Positions 1-11,839 of a DNA stretch of 64,000 bases are shown one piece after another. Under the pieces are notes generated by a model, which was not told where the DNA came from, ran no database searches, and saw nothing but the letters and a program-made list of their open reading frames with translations. This stretch comes from Mytilus californianus (taxonomy: Eukaryota). The translations under genes and the position numbers were made by a program. The stretch is from assembly GCF_021869535.1 (NCBI RefSeq), contig NW_026262734.1, positions 103,912,001 through 103,976,000 on the forward strand, given 5' to 3'. Every line of letters starts with the position of its first letter. The first letter of the stretch is position 1.

Positions 1-28
1 AAATGCATATATTTCTGAATTGTAATTC
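1..28 (-). CDS. MRPL44: mL44 coding exon 3 (partial, runs off window)
   Basis: Acceptor ttacttttaag|G at 28; TG|G AAT TAC AAT TCA GAA ATA TAT GCA TTT = WNYNSEIYAF. Confidence 0.85.
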
Positions 29-478
29 CTTAAAAGTAATATATTGCAAAAAGTCATTAATGATTAATTTAAAAGTTGTAATTGTTTTTTCTTCTTATTC
101 TATAAAATATGACATTGGCAAATTTATGGTCCATTATCTGTAAATATTACATGGCCTTTTTACCAGCAAAAAAAAATGGCCCACTCCTATTTTAGGACCT
201 ACAAGAACACTGTAAAATTTATAAATCAATTTAGCAGGTTTCCTATCACTTGTTTAAAATACCTCTGCAATTTTTCTTCTGAAAACATGATTATTTTGGA
301 AATGAAGGAAATTTCATAAATGTATTAAATATGCAATATTGATTTTGAAAGGCCTAACTTCAAACTCTTCCTTGCATAACATTATTTCCTGTTGGTCACA
401 GTTTCATGAGCATAAGCAGTCATGTCTGCAATAGCGACTCCTAGAGCTAGATCAATTAAGCTGGGTAAAGTTGTGTAA

Positions 479-745
479 ATAGATATAAGAAGATGTGGTA
501 TGAGTGCCAATGAAACAACTCTCTATCCAAGTCAAAATTTATAAAAGTAAACAGTTATAGGTCAAAGTACGGCCTTCAACACGGACCCTTGGCTCACACC
601 AAACAGCAAACTATAAAGGGCCCCAAAAATTACTAGTGTAAAACTATTCAAACGGGAAAACCAACGGTCTAATCTATATAAAAAACAAGAAACGAGAAAC
701 ATTATGAACCACATCAACAAACGACAACTACTGAACATCAAATGC
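479..745 (+). repeat. Abundant interspersed repeat (agatataagaagatgtggtatgagtgccaatgagacaactctcc family)
   Basis: Near-identical copies at 9858-10036 (+) and 28790-29085 (-); diverged copies near 20730, 50185 and 56360. Confidence 0.8.
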
Positions 746-1052
746 CTTTTACAGATGATGTTCATTAAGTAATATACAATTATGACACTGTACTGGTACA
801 TATAATACCATGAAAACTTAAGCCTTATTATTTCGTGTTGCTCAGTCTTAAGTTTTCTATATGGGGTTTTGTTGACCTGATTTTCTTTTTTTCTTTTTGT
901 GTTTTTTTGCCATGACATTATCAGTTTCTCTTTGACTTATGAATTTTAAATTTCCTCTTTGTGTCTTCTGCCCCTCACCAAATTGAATACTTTTGTATGC
1001 TTATTAGAGATTGGCATGAGACGAAAATTAAAATCTACAGTAAAAATATTAC

Positions 1053-1176
1053 CAGCATCCTGATTCTGATGGATGGAGCTCAGGTTCTGGTCCAGCTTTG
1101 ATTCGTCTTTTATATAACTCTCTGAGCAAAGGTTGATATTTTCTGGAATTATTTAAACCTCTTCTTACCATGCATC
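1053..1176 (-). CDS. MRPL44: mL44 coding exon 2
   Basis: Acceptor tttgtattcaag, donor TG|gtaata; encodes (G)CMVRRGLNNSRKYQPLLRELYKRRIKAGPEPELHPSESGC(W). Phases fit both neighbours. Confidence 0.8.
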
Positions 1177-1714
1177 CTTGAATACAAATCATCATTACAA
1201 TTAAAAATCAAAATAATGTATTTTTTAATATAATAACTTTTTTACAAATTTGAGTTAATTCCCCTAATTTTCGAAATCTGTTGCTATACACTTACCATGT
1301 TTACAAGTAGAAACAATCTTTCATATTTTGGCCATGCTTGTCTGTCCTTCATGAAGTTAAACTTAAAAGTCAGAGGACTCGAATTTGTCCCTTGCAATCA
1401 TCTTTTTTTCAAACAATGTGAGCAGAGGGGTTTCAAAAATTAGCCAAATTAAAATGGATTACTATTTATCATGTTTATCAGTGTTTACCTGTTGAAAGCA
1501 TGTATGGTATACAGACATTCCTGTTCTAAAGCATAAAGACAATCATGACGATTGGGGTTTTGAAACTGTAGCGAGGTACTCAAAAAAACAAGGTTGCTCA
1601 TTTATCATGTTTAATAATAGCAATATTTCATATCTCAATAGAAAATGATAAAATAAATCCAGTTTGTAAAATTATGATTACTAAATTTGGTCTTTTAAAT
1701 AACAATGAAATAAT

Positions 1715-3546
1715 CAGTCAGGGGAATTACTGAAATAAGTGATTTATAAACTCACTTATTTAAGTACACAAATGCAGCAAATTTGAAATTCTGTGATTTT
1801 GTAGTTTTACCAAAATTTTAAACATACAGGTTTAGATTATATCTTATTATTAGTAAAATTGAAACTAGAGGCTCTCAAGAGCCTGTGTCGCTCACCTGTA
1901 TTTACTGATGCTTTGGAATTCATGTAAAATAAGGTTGAAATCATAATAAATAGTATTAGATATTAGATATTATAATGATATCTAAGATAATCACAAAAAA
2001 CTGCAAAACTTTTGTAAAATTACTAACTCAGGGGCAGCAACCCAACAACGGGTTGTCGGATTCAGGGCAGATAAATCTTAATCTGATGAACATTTTTGCC
2101 ACCTGTCAGATTTGCTCTAAATGCTATAGTTTCAGAGATATAAACCAAAAACTGCATTTTACCCCTATGTTCTATTTTTAACCAAGTCGGCCATGATGGT
2201 TGGAAGGCGGGGTCATGGGACAAATTTTTGAAACTAAATGCCCTAATAATGATTATGGCCAAGTATGGTTAAATTTGTCTCAGTAGTTTCAGAGAAGAAG
2301 ATTTTTGTAAAAGACTACAAAAATTTACAAAAAATTGTTAAAAATTGACAATTAAGGGCAATAACTCCTAAAGGGGTCGACTGACAATTTTGGTCATGAC
2401 AACTTATTTGTAGATCTTACTTTGCTGAACATTATTGCTGTTTACAGTTTATCTCTATCTATAATAATAATCAAGATAATTACCAAAAACTGCAAAATTT
2501 CCTTAAAATTACCAATTCAGGGGCAGCAACCCAACAACAGGTTGTCAGATTTGTCTGAAAATTTCAGGGCAGATAGATCTTGACCTGACAATCAGTTTTA
2601 CCCTATGTCAGATTTACTCTAAATGCTTTGGTTTCAGAGATATAAGCCAAAATCTACATTTTACCCCTATGTTCTATTTTTAGCCATGGCGGCCATCTTG
2701 GTTGGTTGGTGGGATCATCGGACACATTTTTTAAACTAGATACCCTAATGATGATTATGGCCAAGTTTGGTTAAATTTGGCAAAGTGGTTTCAGAGGAGA
2801 AGATTTTTGTAAAAAGCTAATGACGACGACGATGGACGACGGACGCCAAGTGATGAGAAAAGCTCACTTGGCCCTCTGGGCCAGGTGAGCTAATAAAAAA
2901 TGAACCTTTTGCTTCTTTTAAGTAGCAAGGTTTATGCCTATGATGCAATCATTCTGCTGTAAATTCTATATTTATTGAAAAATGCTATAATGAAGGCTTT
3001 ACACAATGAACTAATACTTTCTTAACAGATTTTTCCCAGCAGTGGGCGTATTTTTCCTATAAAATTCAAGGTTTCATCTTACCGATTATGTAATAAAATT
3101 TTACTGTTCGCGATCAAAATTTTACTATTTCAGGGGTGTTGAAATAAGTGGGGATATTAGAATAATAACATGAATAATACTAAAAGAAGTGATTTTTTGA
3201 AAGAAAAGAGAGGTATGATACTTAAACAAGTGATTTTCATGTCATTATCCCAGATTCAGAATTTGAACAGGGTCATCACCTGACATGACCAGTCATCCTA
3301 TAAACACAGACATGACAGATGTTGGTTTTGATAATTATAACAACATAATTTGTCCCTGGATCATTAGTATTGTTATTTAAAGCTACAATAAAATTAAATC
3401 ACTTAGTCTAGTGATTTATTTGTACTACTTAAATAGGTGATTATTAAAGAAAGACAACTCTTATTTCCAACATTTTCTGTTTTGTCTTTTTCTGTTACTT
3501 GAATCAGTGATTTAGAAATAATTCATTTAAGTAATTCCCTTGACTG
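1715..3546. mobile_element. Non-autonomous TIR element (CAGTCA[AG]GGG family) carrying a nested HINE
   Basis: TIRs cagtcaggggaattact / agtaattcccttgactg; flanking direct repeat ATAAT at 1710-1714 and 3547-3551. Confidence 0.75.
1864..2893 (+). mobile_element. Helentron-like non-autonomous element (HINE family A), copy 1
   Basis: 5' actagaggctct..gtcgctcacc, internal tandem units, (gac)n microsatellite, 3' hairpin gctcacttggccc..gggccaggtgagc. The same structure occurs at 17398 and 36823. Confidence 0.75.
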
Positions 3547-4120
3547 ATAATTCTCATTTAATCAGCTAATTAAAAATGCCAAAACAGCTGCAAAATTCTG
3601 TAACATTGAAAAATTCTAATTTCATTAAACTTTCTTTCAAAATGACTGGAATGGGCAATTTCCAAGATTTAGACTTGCTGCCCATTTTTCTGCCCATTTT
3701 GCTGCCCAAGAAGAGAAAAACATGTTGCTATGTGCTGATATCTGGTAGAATTTGGAGACTATTCTACAATTCATAGGTTGGTTGCTGAATGTTAATCAGA
3801 AAAGCAGAAAATTATAATGCCACCTACTACTACTATGGTAGTCTGGGCATAAACAAAAAATCATTTAAGGAAAAATCTTTAATTGGGAATCCATTGACAA
3901 TTCTCATCTTTTGATTCACTGGTAGACCTTGTTGTGAATCACAGTGATAATCATTTCTGGTTTTTACAATGTTGCTCTTTCAAATGTCCTTCTGTCATAT
4001 AGTTTTCAAGAAACTGAGAAATACAAAAAAAATGGGTAAAATTCATCATCTAAACTAAAGAGAAGTTACTCCTCTCAGGAGTTGATATCCAATGTTTATA
4101 TTGCAGATCATGTCTAGAGA

Positions 4121-4262
4121 CACGTGGAGCAGGATCTGCCTCCCCTTCCTGAGCACCTGAGATCACCCCTGGATTTTGGTGAGGTTCGTGTTGCTTAGTC
4201 TTTATTTTCTTATGTTATTATTTTGCATGTTTTGTCTTTTTCTTGTATGTGCATTTTTGCTG
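4121..4262 (+). repeat. Interspersed repeat (gagcaggatctgc..cacctgagatcaccccc family)
   Basis: Related copies at about 25978-26185, 51616-51790 and 63385-63520. Confidence 0.75.
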
Positions 4263-4270
4263 TGGCGTTG

Positions 4271-5222
4271 CAGTCTTCACACTTAACTTTTCAACCTACA
4301 AGTCAGTAGGACTTGTGGTTCATAAATGTTTACAAGTCCCCAGAAAATTCTACAAGACCACACAAATTATTATCACCGCTGAGCAGCATGAAGCGCTGCG
4401 AACCAGCTAGGAGGGTCTGGGGGCATGCCCCCCCAGAAAATTTTTGAAAAATTAGATGCAAAATCCTGCATTCTGAGAGCTTTGAGTGTCATGTTTTGAA
4501 GATAAATTTAATAGGAATAACATTGACAATTGGAGAAAAAAGTAAAAAGTAGCTGTTATAATAATTTTATTCTCTTAAAAATTTAGAAAGAAGGTGCCTT
4601 CTCTAGAATGCTGTAACATTTTTTAGCCTCTGATGGTTCAGCTGCAGGCTTCTCATATTTAGAGCAATAAATTTGTGACTCTTATTCTTCTCGTGAATTT
4701 TAATAGTATCCAGTTTAAAGTTGTCACTACCTGGGGTCACAAACTGTGAATCCATTTTATGTTCTGTGCACCATGAACAGAACATTTTGTTTTTCAACTC
4801 ATACATCAACCACGGACTTCCTTCTAACCAACTGGAAAGGAACTGACGCAACCATGTAGCGTTGTACTTTCTCTTCCTTACATTTTCATCGGCGGGGGAC
4901 TAAAACGGCTTCCCCGGACGAGCTCCACCAGTACATTGCCGAAGAAACATTTTGGGAATATAAGTTAGGGGGAAGGAAACCAATGATCTGTCATTTCATA
5001 CAATGTCTCTATCCAGTATTAATCGCAATACGTTTAATTCATGTGAAAAAGCGCAAAATAGAAACCGATTTATTGGTATCACTAATTACCAAAGACGCAA
5101 AGAGCGTATCAACTACCGAAAAATCTACAAGCCCAGTCGGACTTTTGAACAACAAATTTGACAAGTCCGCGGCCGATTTTACTGGCCAGGACCGTCGGAC
5201 TTGTGGCTAAATTCGAAGACTG
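4271..5222 (-). mobile_element. Internally deleted hAT-like DNA transposon in MRPL44 intron 1
   Basis: TIR CAGTCTTC..GAAGACTG, flanking duplication GCGTTG (4265-4270 / 5223-5228). The internal ORF 4603-4851 has a TTF-type zinc finger pattern (F..SW....PWL.Y....MFC..C...F..GS.NF......HE....H). Confidence 0.75.
4603..4851 (-). pseudogene. hAT transposase N-terminal TTF-type zinc-finger fragment
   Basis: MRQFLSSWLEGSPWLMYELKNKMFCSWCTEHKMDSQFVTPGSDNFKLDTIKIHEKNKSH; no catalytic domain follows. Confidence 0.7.
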
Positions 5223-5909
5223 GCGTTGACAGTTCTTTTTTTATGTCCCATCTCTCTTTAAAATTTTACCTGACTGTAAAATTCAGTTTTATTGCTCAAT
5301 AGAGCTTATGTTTTCTGTGTACTTATATTTTATCTTAACCATGTTAACATAAACATGATAAAGCTAGCAAACATTTGAACTTTTTTTAAACAGAATTCAT
5401 TATTTGGGTATTTTGATGGGTTATTCAATTCATTGTTCAGTGCTAAAAATGTAGGGTTTTAATTTGTGTTACAGCTACTGACTATTTTTAAATAATAAAT
5501 GAATTTGTGTACATGTATTACTGTTGCAAAAATGAAAATATATTGATAAGTAGAACATGTAGTACCGGTGCTATTTTAAATAATTTTTAATAGAGAATAA
5601 CCCTCTTTCACAGCTAATATCTGTCTCATATGATAAATTGAGACATTTACCTCATTGTCTTTGGCAAATACAATACAATACAATACAATGCAATATTTTT
5701 ATTGTCAATCAAGGACGTTCTAAGAGAGCAGTATAATTACAAATAATTTATTACAATGATTATTATTAATTCTTAATGATATATAATGTGGTTTGACCCG
5801 ACCCTCCCCCTTTTATCTTATGAATCACCAAACAGACATTACATGTTTAAATTCTCTATTACGTTACATGCAAAATGATATATTATTAAAACATAATTAT
5901 ATGTTACAC

Positions 5910-6003
5910 CTTGTAAACATGTTAGATGGGGAGAAATGCCACTATTATTACAAAATCGTGATAAAATTCTGCAGTGGCTGATCAATCGACAGGAGGCTGC
6001 CAT
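5910..6003 (-). CDS. MRPL44: mL44 coding exon 1 (mitochondrial presequence)
   Basis: aaaaATGGCAGCC start, donor CAAG|gtgtaa, phase 1 matches the exon at 1176; MAASCRLISHCRILSRF looks like a targeting peptide. Confidence 0.78.
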
Positions 6004-6125
6004 TTTTATTTAAACTGGTACCTATTTCTTATTTTAAAATGAAGAGCCAAGTTAAAGAATAATTTCAGTTTAGGGTATCAGTAGAAAAAGTAGAGGTCGA
6101 AGCAAGTATGAAATGAAAGAATAAA
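6004..6125. promoter_or_regulatory. Putative shared bidirectional promoter / 5' UTRs of MRPL44 and MRPL57
   Basis: Only 122 bp separate the two divergent ATGs; AAAATGGC (YY1-like) overlaps the MRPL44 start. Confidence 0.55.
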
Positions 6126-6196
6126 ATGAGGCTTACTCGAGTTGTATTTGGATTTTATAAGAGATACAAGAAAGTTCCTGGTTTACTCTATGCAGG
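6126..6196 (+). CDS. MRPL57: mL63 coding exon 1
   Basis: ATG AGG CTT ACT CGA... MRLTRVVFGFYKRYKKVPGLLYA(G); donor GG|gtaata, phase 2. Confidence 0.82.
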
Positions 6197-7060
6197 GTAA
6201 TAGAATATTTTAGATAAGAGACCGATACTTGTGCCTTTTATATAAATATGCATCATTATAAAACATTGAAAAATGAGACATTCCCAAAAAAGTGAAAATT
6301 AAAAGTACCTGCACAAAAAGGTTTAAAATCGAAACAGAATGCAGAGGCGCATGTTCTAGGACTAAGATTGCATTTTATATTAAATATAGACATTCCTACC
6401 ATGTATGCTTTTTCAATTCATTTCCTATAGTTACATTTTTATGCTAAGACCATGAAATTTTTTTTTATAAAGTTTTTCTTTTATATACCATGTTTACTTG
6501 TGCACTTCTTTGTGGAAGCATGTGTCATTACGAATGTAACATTTCATTTTTATATGAAGGTTAATTTCTTGAATGGTCATGCGTATCAGTGTCTGTAGGC
6601 TTAAAATTGGTATATTTGTGTTAATAATAATAAAATATTGTTTATACTAGTGTGTTATTTTATTAATATGAATCTGTTTTATAGTCACTTAATTAACATG
6701 ATTAACACAATGATCATGTTTCACAGCAAAAGTTGTTTACTTGTCGCACTCTACTGTGACATTATATAGTTTGTGAGTGAGTCTGCAAGCATGTGAGCAT
6801 GCTTCACCATGTTCACTGTGTGATGCCTTTTCACATTCATATCTCATAATTTTTTTTAACAGAAAACATGAACTTCTAGTGGTGTATATCATAATGTTTT
6901 TTTCTATCTGTAAACAATGGTAAACGTCACTTGTTCTTCATTGTTATAACGTACAGTAATGAGACTTTTTTCTCTGGAACATTTTTTTCCAAATATAGTT
7001 TTGATCACTTACATGACTTAACAATGCTTAACATGCTTAAATTTTTTCATATTTTTTTAG

Positions 7061-7172
7061 TAAAAACAAAATAATACCAAAGATTTACCCTCAACACAAG
7101 GAGAGAGCTCTAAAATGGTTCTTGATCAATGAAGAAAATGAAAGGATTTTGTCTGAACCATACCTGACAGAA
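7061..7172 (+). CDS. MRPL57: mL63 coding exon 2
   Basis: Acceptor catatttttttag, donor GAA|gtaagt; KNKIIPKIYPQHKERALKWFLINEENERILSEPYLTE. Confidence 0.87.
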
Positions 7173-7978
7173 GTAAGTAGCAGTTTTCTTAAACATTTTA
7201 TTTAATATAAAGGGGGAAATTGTATAATAGCTGTCAAATTCATGTTCATTAATTTGACTCAAAGTCTAATATTTGATTTATTATAACATATCAAAACGTA
7301 CATCCAAATTACAAAAAGTAAAAAAAATAAAAACCAATTAACAATGCATGAACTCGATGATATACTAATTATCTAACGAGATGACCTCTGAATACTGCTG
7401 ACAGTCATATAACTCGATATAAACATAAATATAAATAGATAGCTACCACTTGCAATTGGATTTTTCTAGGTCTGTTTGATTTCCTGTATAGGTTAAAAAA
7501 TAAGTTAATCATTGTTTTTACCTGTATGAGAATGCTTTTTTGTAGATTGAATCAGTCAACGTAATATGGTTCACCCTTGTTTCATTTTCAATGTTTACAT
7601 TACTTTCCTTTTAATAGCTGAACATGTCTAGTACCATGAGTACATGCATAATCCATCTCCAGCTATATATATAGGGGTTATATTAAAGATCACATGAACA
7701 TGATGAATACAGATTCACATGAGGTGGAATTATTCATTTGCAAGTCAATAATATATCAGCAATATGTTTGAGCTTATTTTGACAAATTTTGGCCAAACTA
7801 ACTGCTTATAATGAAGTATTATTTCAAAATTCCACTTTTATTAATACTTGAAACAAACAAATTCATATTTTAGATTTTTCTCTAGATCATAGCTTATGCC
7901 CCTTTATTCATGTTAATGTAAATTCAAATATTTTTGCTAATTTCTGCATTTGCATTTTTCAAACTCAAAGGTAACTGT

Positions 7979-8645
7979 CAGTCAGGGGTACTACTTATAC
8001 AAATTATTTTTATTTACTTGAAGAAGTAAATAATAATATACTTATATAAGTAAATTTGTTATATTCATATTTTCTTATTAGGTTTGAATAATCTCCCCTT
8101 AATTTTCTCAAAAAATTTACTTGTATAAGTAATTTTTTTTACTATCCCTAAAATTCTCAAGTTTTGGGATGTAAAAACATGCCTTAAACAATTTTTCTCT
8201 GGTTAGCTCATAATTTTTTATTAGAGTTCAATGTTTCATCTCATTAATTCATCAAAGAAACTAATTGCGCAAAGATCTTGAGTAATTGCGCAAGGCCTTC
8301 AAAAATTGCCCCTTCGAGGCTTGTAAATGAGCAGTGTTTTGAATTAAACAGACAAATGAGATTTTCATTGTCCATGAAATTACACTTAAATGATAAGTAA
8401 AGACATCAGTGCAAAGGACAGACAATTAAAAATTCTATTAGAGCAAAGAAGTGTTGAGAAATTCAAGAAAAGAAGGTAGTATGATTTTTTACTTGTATAA
8501 GTAAAAAAATCTGAATGTCTAAGGGACAAAACTAAGCCATTAGAATAATCAACCGATACAAGTAAATAAAATACACTTGTATAAGTATATTAATATATTC
8601 TTCAAGTAAACAAAAAATAACTTGAACAAGTAGTACCACTGACTG
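7979..8645. mobile_element. Non-autonomous TIR element (CAGTCA[AG]GGG family) in MRPL57 intron 2
   Basis: Long imperfect TIRs cagtcaggggtactactt / aagtagtaccactgactg; direct repeat ACTGT at 7974-7978 and 8646-8650. Confidence 0.8.
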
Positions 8646-9857
8646 ACTGTATTGTATTTTAGCTTGGACTATTATAAACATAGGTTTTACTCTTGAGTGT
8701 GACAAATTAGTTTATCAAGTGATGCAGAATGTTGTAAACAGAATTTGTAACAGTAGAAATAAAGGTTTATTTAGGCCAAGCCCAAAATACAAAACAGTCA
8801 TCTGTATTCTACATTGTAATATAAAATAAACATGATAAGCAAATCATACAATTTTAGTTGTACATGCATTAATTATCAGTAATATAAACTAGATAAGTAC
8901 TTTGACCATAAATGATAAGCAGATGCATGAAATGTAATGTATAGCCACCACAAAAATGTAAGTTAGTCAGAATGGGGGACCTAGATCAGTGGATATGAGA
9001 CATTAGATCTAGACCTATTGTGAAGAAAAAAGGAAACACTGAAAAAGCATGGCAGTCAATTTGCCATCATTTACAATATGCTTGTGAAAATGATTACCTG
9101 GGTATACAGTTGACTCTTGTTATCTACAAACCGACGGAGCAGTGATACAATTTCAAGTCAACTGAAAATAATGTTTGGAAGATAGTTTCTTCGTCTCTTT
9201 CTGGAATCATTCCTCATCAGGTCATCAATATAATATTAGTTCATTTGTTGATCTCTTCCTGAATAATCGGTCAATGCATACTGTATATACTGTGTATTCA
9301 GAAATTATTGTGAGGTTTTTATTATTGCGAATAATGGGACTGTGTGAGTGACACAATAATAAGAACTCACATTCTTATATCTGATACATATATATATATA
9401 TATATATGTATATCGGTATGCAAATTTTCCAGAAATCACAATAATTGATCTTGCATTTTTGTCCTTTTTTCAAAAATCCCAATAATAGATGGACACAATA
9501 ATTTCTGATTTTTCAGTTAAACATGTTGTAGATGCATTATTAAGCGTGGTGTACTATTTAATGTGGATTTTGTGGGTATACTTGAACCTCAAATTAAAAT
9601 GCTTAATGAAATATAAATTTCCTATAGGCTTGTATGCAGAATTTTCAAAAATCAAGAAATCAAGTATCCACAAAAAATCGGTATTCACACAAAAATAAAT
9701 GAATCCACCGTATACTGATAAGGAACAATGCATCAGAATTTTGGGGACTGTACTGTAAATAGGATATAACAACTCCAACATACGTCCTCGTGTTATATCC
9801 TATATGTAGGTTGATTATGTAAGCATTTTGTCATAAATATCAGTGATGCACTAATAT

Positions 9858-10036
9858 ATAGATATAAGAAGATGTGGTATGAGTGCCAATGAGACAACTC
9901 TCCATTCAAGTCACAATTTGTAAAAGTAAACCATTATAGGTCAAAGTACGGCCTTCAACACGGAGCCTTGGCTCACACTGAACAGCAAGCTATAAAGGGC
10001 CCCAAAAATGACTAGTGTAAAACCATTCAAACAGGA
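9858..10036 (+). repeat. Truncated copy of the agatataagaagatgtgg interspersed repeat
   Basis: Matches 479-660 at high identity. Confidence 0.75.
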
Positions 10037-10152
10037 TTATTATGACTATATTTAAAACTTTTTTTCTAAATTTTGAGCATAATAATAAGGCAGTATACTC
10101 ATTTATAAAGTATTGATATCTTAAAACTCATATCTTAAATTTATACTTTCAG

Positions 10153-10320
10153 AAAGAGGATGAGGGCCACATGGAAGCATTAGGATTTACAAATGAGGCA
10201 AGAATTCTTGAAGCAGTGGAGAAAGATGCAATAGAAAGATGGAATAAACCAAAAGACAGAAGAATTCATTATCTCGAAGAACATTATAAACATTTAAATA
10301 CCAGAAAATCGTGGGAATGA
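10153..10320 (+). CDS. MRPL57: mL63 coding exon 3 (terminal)
   Basis: Acceptor ttatactttcag; KEDEGHMEALGFTNEARILEAVEKDAIERWNKPKDRRIHYLEEHYKHLNTRKSWE then TGA. Confidence 0.87.
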   Translation, partial: KEDEGHMEALGFTNEARILEAVEKDAIERWNKPKDRRIHYLEEHYKHLNTRKSWE

Positions 10321-10343
10321 AGCTAGTTTGATTAATACAAATG

Positions 10344-10349
10344 AATAAA
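10344..10349 (+). terminator. Polyadenylation signal AATAAA of MRPL57
   Basis: AATAAA 23 nt after the stop codon, followed by T-rich sequence. Confidence 0.55.
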
Positions 10350-11571
10350 AATATGACGTAAATAATTTTTGGTTCACTTTAATATTTGTCAACCAACAAT
10401 TTTTTTTAGATATATACATGTGTATAATTTGTTTAAGTTTTTCCACAAAAGGTTTTTATCCAAACCAGCCTATACAAATAAAAGCAAGTTATTGGTAATG
10501 TATACATAATTAATGATAAATGTCATGTATGTAGCATTGATACTACCAGAGACACAAAACATTAGTACACTAAAAATTTGTGAAACAGATCTATAAATGT
10601 ATAGAATGGACTACGAAAGCAGTAAAAATGTCCACTGAAGAATTTAAGAATAACAGCATGTTTTTGGGTAAAGATTGCATGAAATGCAATCAAAACTCTA
10701 TGGGACTGACTTGATATCTATATCTTCCAAGGTTGGTCACTACCTTTGATAGTTCAATCAAAATAGTGCAGTGAAATGATCATTATTTAGATCCTGTCCT
10801 GTTAATGTCATGCAATTTATTGATATGTTATACTTTGATATTTAAGTTACAATATGATGTGTATTTAAATTACCATACTTGTCAAGAAGACATTTTGTTT
10901 TAAATTAAGAATTACACAAGTAATGCATGGTGTATGAATCTGTTATAGAAATAGGTTAAATTACAAATGTGCAATCATGAACAAAAGAAGATGACTCCAA
11001 CTCAAATTTTTAACTTGCCTAGCAAAATACAATTCAATATTTTATTTAAAAATTCACAAAGTTTTTACCCTTTCAGTGCTCACAAGCACTTTTGATTGTT
11101 AAGTGGTATGAGACCTTGGGGTCACCATATAAAATTTATTCAGTACACTTAAATAAGTGTCAAGTAGAGTGTAGACAAAATAAACGTAATATTGGGATTG
11201 CATCTCAATACTTGATCTTCTTTTTTCAGGCTTTTACCTACTTCACTGAAACTTAATTGATTCAGATATCAAACAATCTGGCTAATGTTTTTGTAACTTT
11301 AATATGGAAATGTTTATAGCAATAAATAATATTTTCATACAAAGTTATATGGGCAGAAAAACTATCATACTATTTAAAGAGAACTATTTAAATGATTAAG
11401 TACTGTTTCTCAAAAGAATGAGAGTTTATTGGATTAACAGAATGAATATATGAATGTTTTATGTCCAGGGGCAAGTATTGCACACATATCATGCATATTC
11501 AGGAAGAGAACATAATTTGGATTGGGTAGGACCCCTGCTTTGTATCAGACTGATACATGAAGGTGGATTTA

Positions 11572-11839
11572 TTTTTATGCCCCACCTAGGGGCATTATGT
11601 TTTTCGGTCTTTGCGACCGTTGGTCTGTCAGTCCGTCCGTCCGTCTGTCCTGCTTCAGGTTAAAGTTTTTGGTCAAGGTAGTTTTTGATGAAGTTGAAGT
11701 CCACTCAACTTGAAACTTAGTACACCTGTTCCCTTTGATATGATCTTTCTAAAGTTTTGACCCCAATTTCACGGTCCACTGAACATAGAAAATGATAGTG
11801 CGAGTGGGGCATCCGTGTACTATGGACACATTCTTGTTT
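11572..11839 (+). mobile_element. HINE family B, copy 1
   Basis: tttttatgcccca .. (cgtc)n microsatellite .. tggggcatccgtgtactatggacacattcttgtt; second copy at 55763-56060. Confidence 0.75.

Larger units (their letters stand above)
1..6003 (-). other. MRPL44: Gene span (5' part, truncated at window start): mitochondrial ribosomal protein mL44
   Basis: Spliced join 6003-5910, 1176-1053, 28-1 has consistent phases (1, 2) and gives MAASCRLISHCRILSRFCNNSGISPHLTCLQGCMVRRGLNNSRKYQPLLRELYKRRIKAGPEPELHPSESGCWNYNSEIYAF. An Arg/Ser-rich presequence plus LREL..R...GP.P...WNY..EIYAF matches the mL44 N-terminus as I remember it. Confidence 0.85.
6126..10320 (+). other. MRPL57: Gene span: mitochondrial ribosomal protein mL63 (MRP63), 116 aa
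   Basis: Join 6126-6196, 7061-7172, 10153-10320 = 351 nt open frame. Motifs VPG..YAGKNK, ENERILSEPYLTEKEDEGH and HYKHLNTRKSW parallel mL63 IPGRQWIGKHR, ENHYWLSMPYMTREQERGH and QLDHLNVTKKW (remembered human sequence). AATAAA at 10344. Confidence 0.85.

Noticed and set aside
562-918. 118-aa ORF as a gene
   Set aside because: Lies mostly within the antisense strand of a high-copy interspersed repeat in an MRPL44 intron; low-complexity product.
1296-1488. Cassette/poison exon or recursive splice site (cag|gtaaa) in MRPL44 intron 1
   Set aside because: The donor at 1296 is good, but inclusion is out of phase and the intron is short for recursive splicing; no evidence without RNA data.
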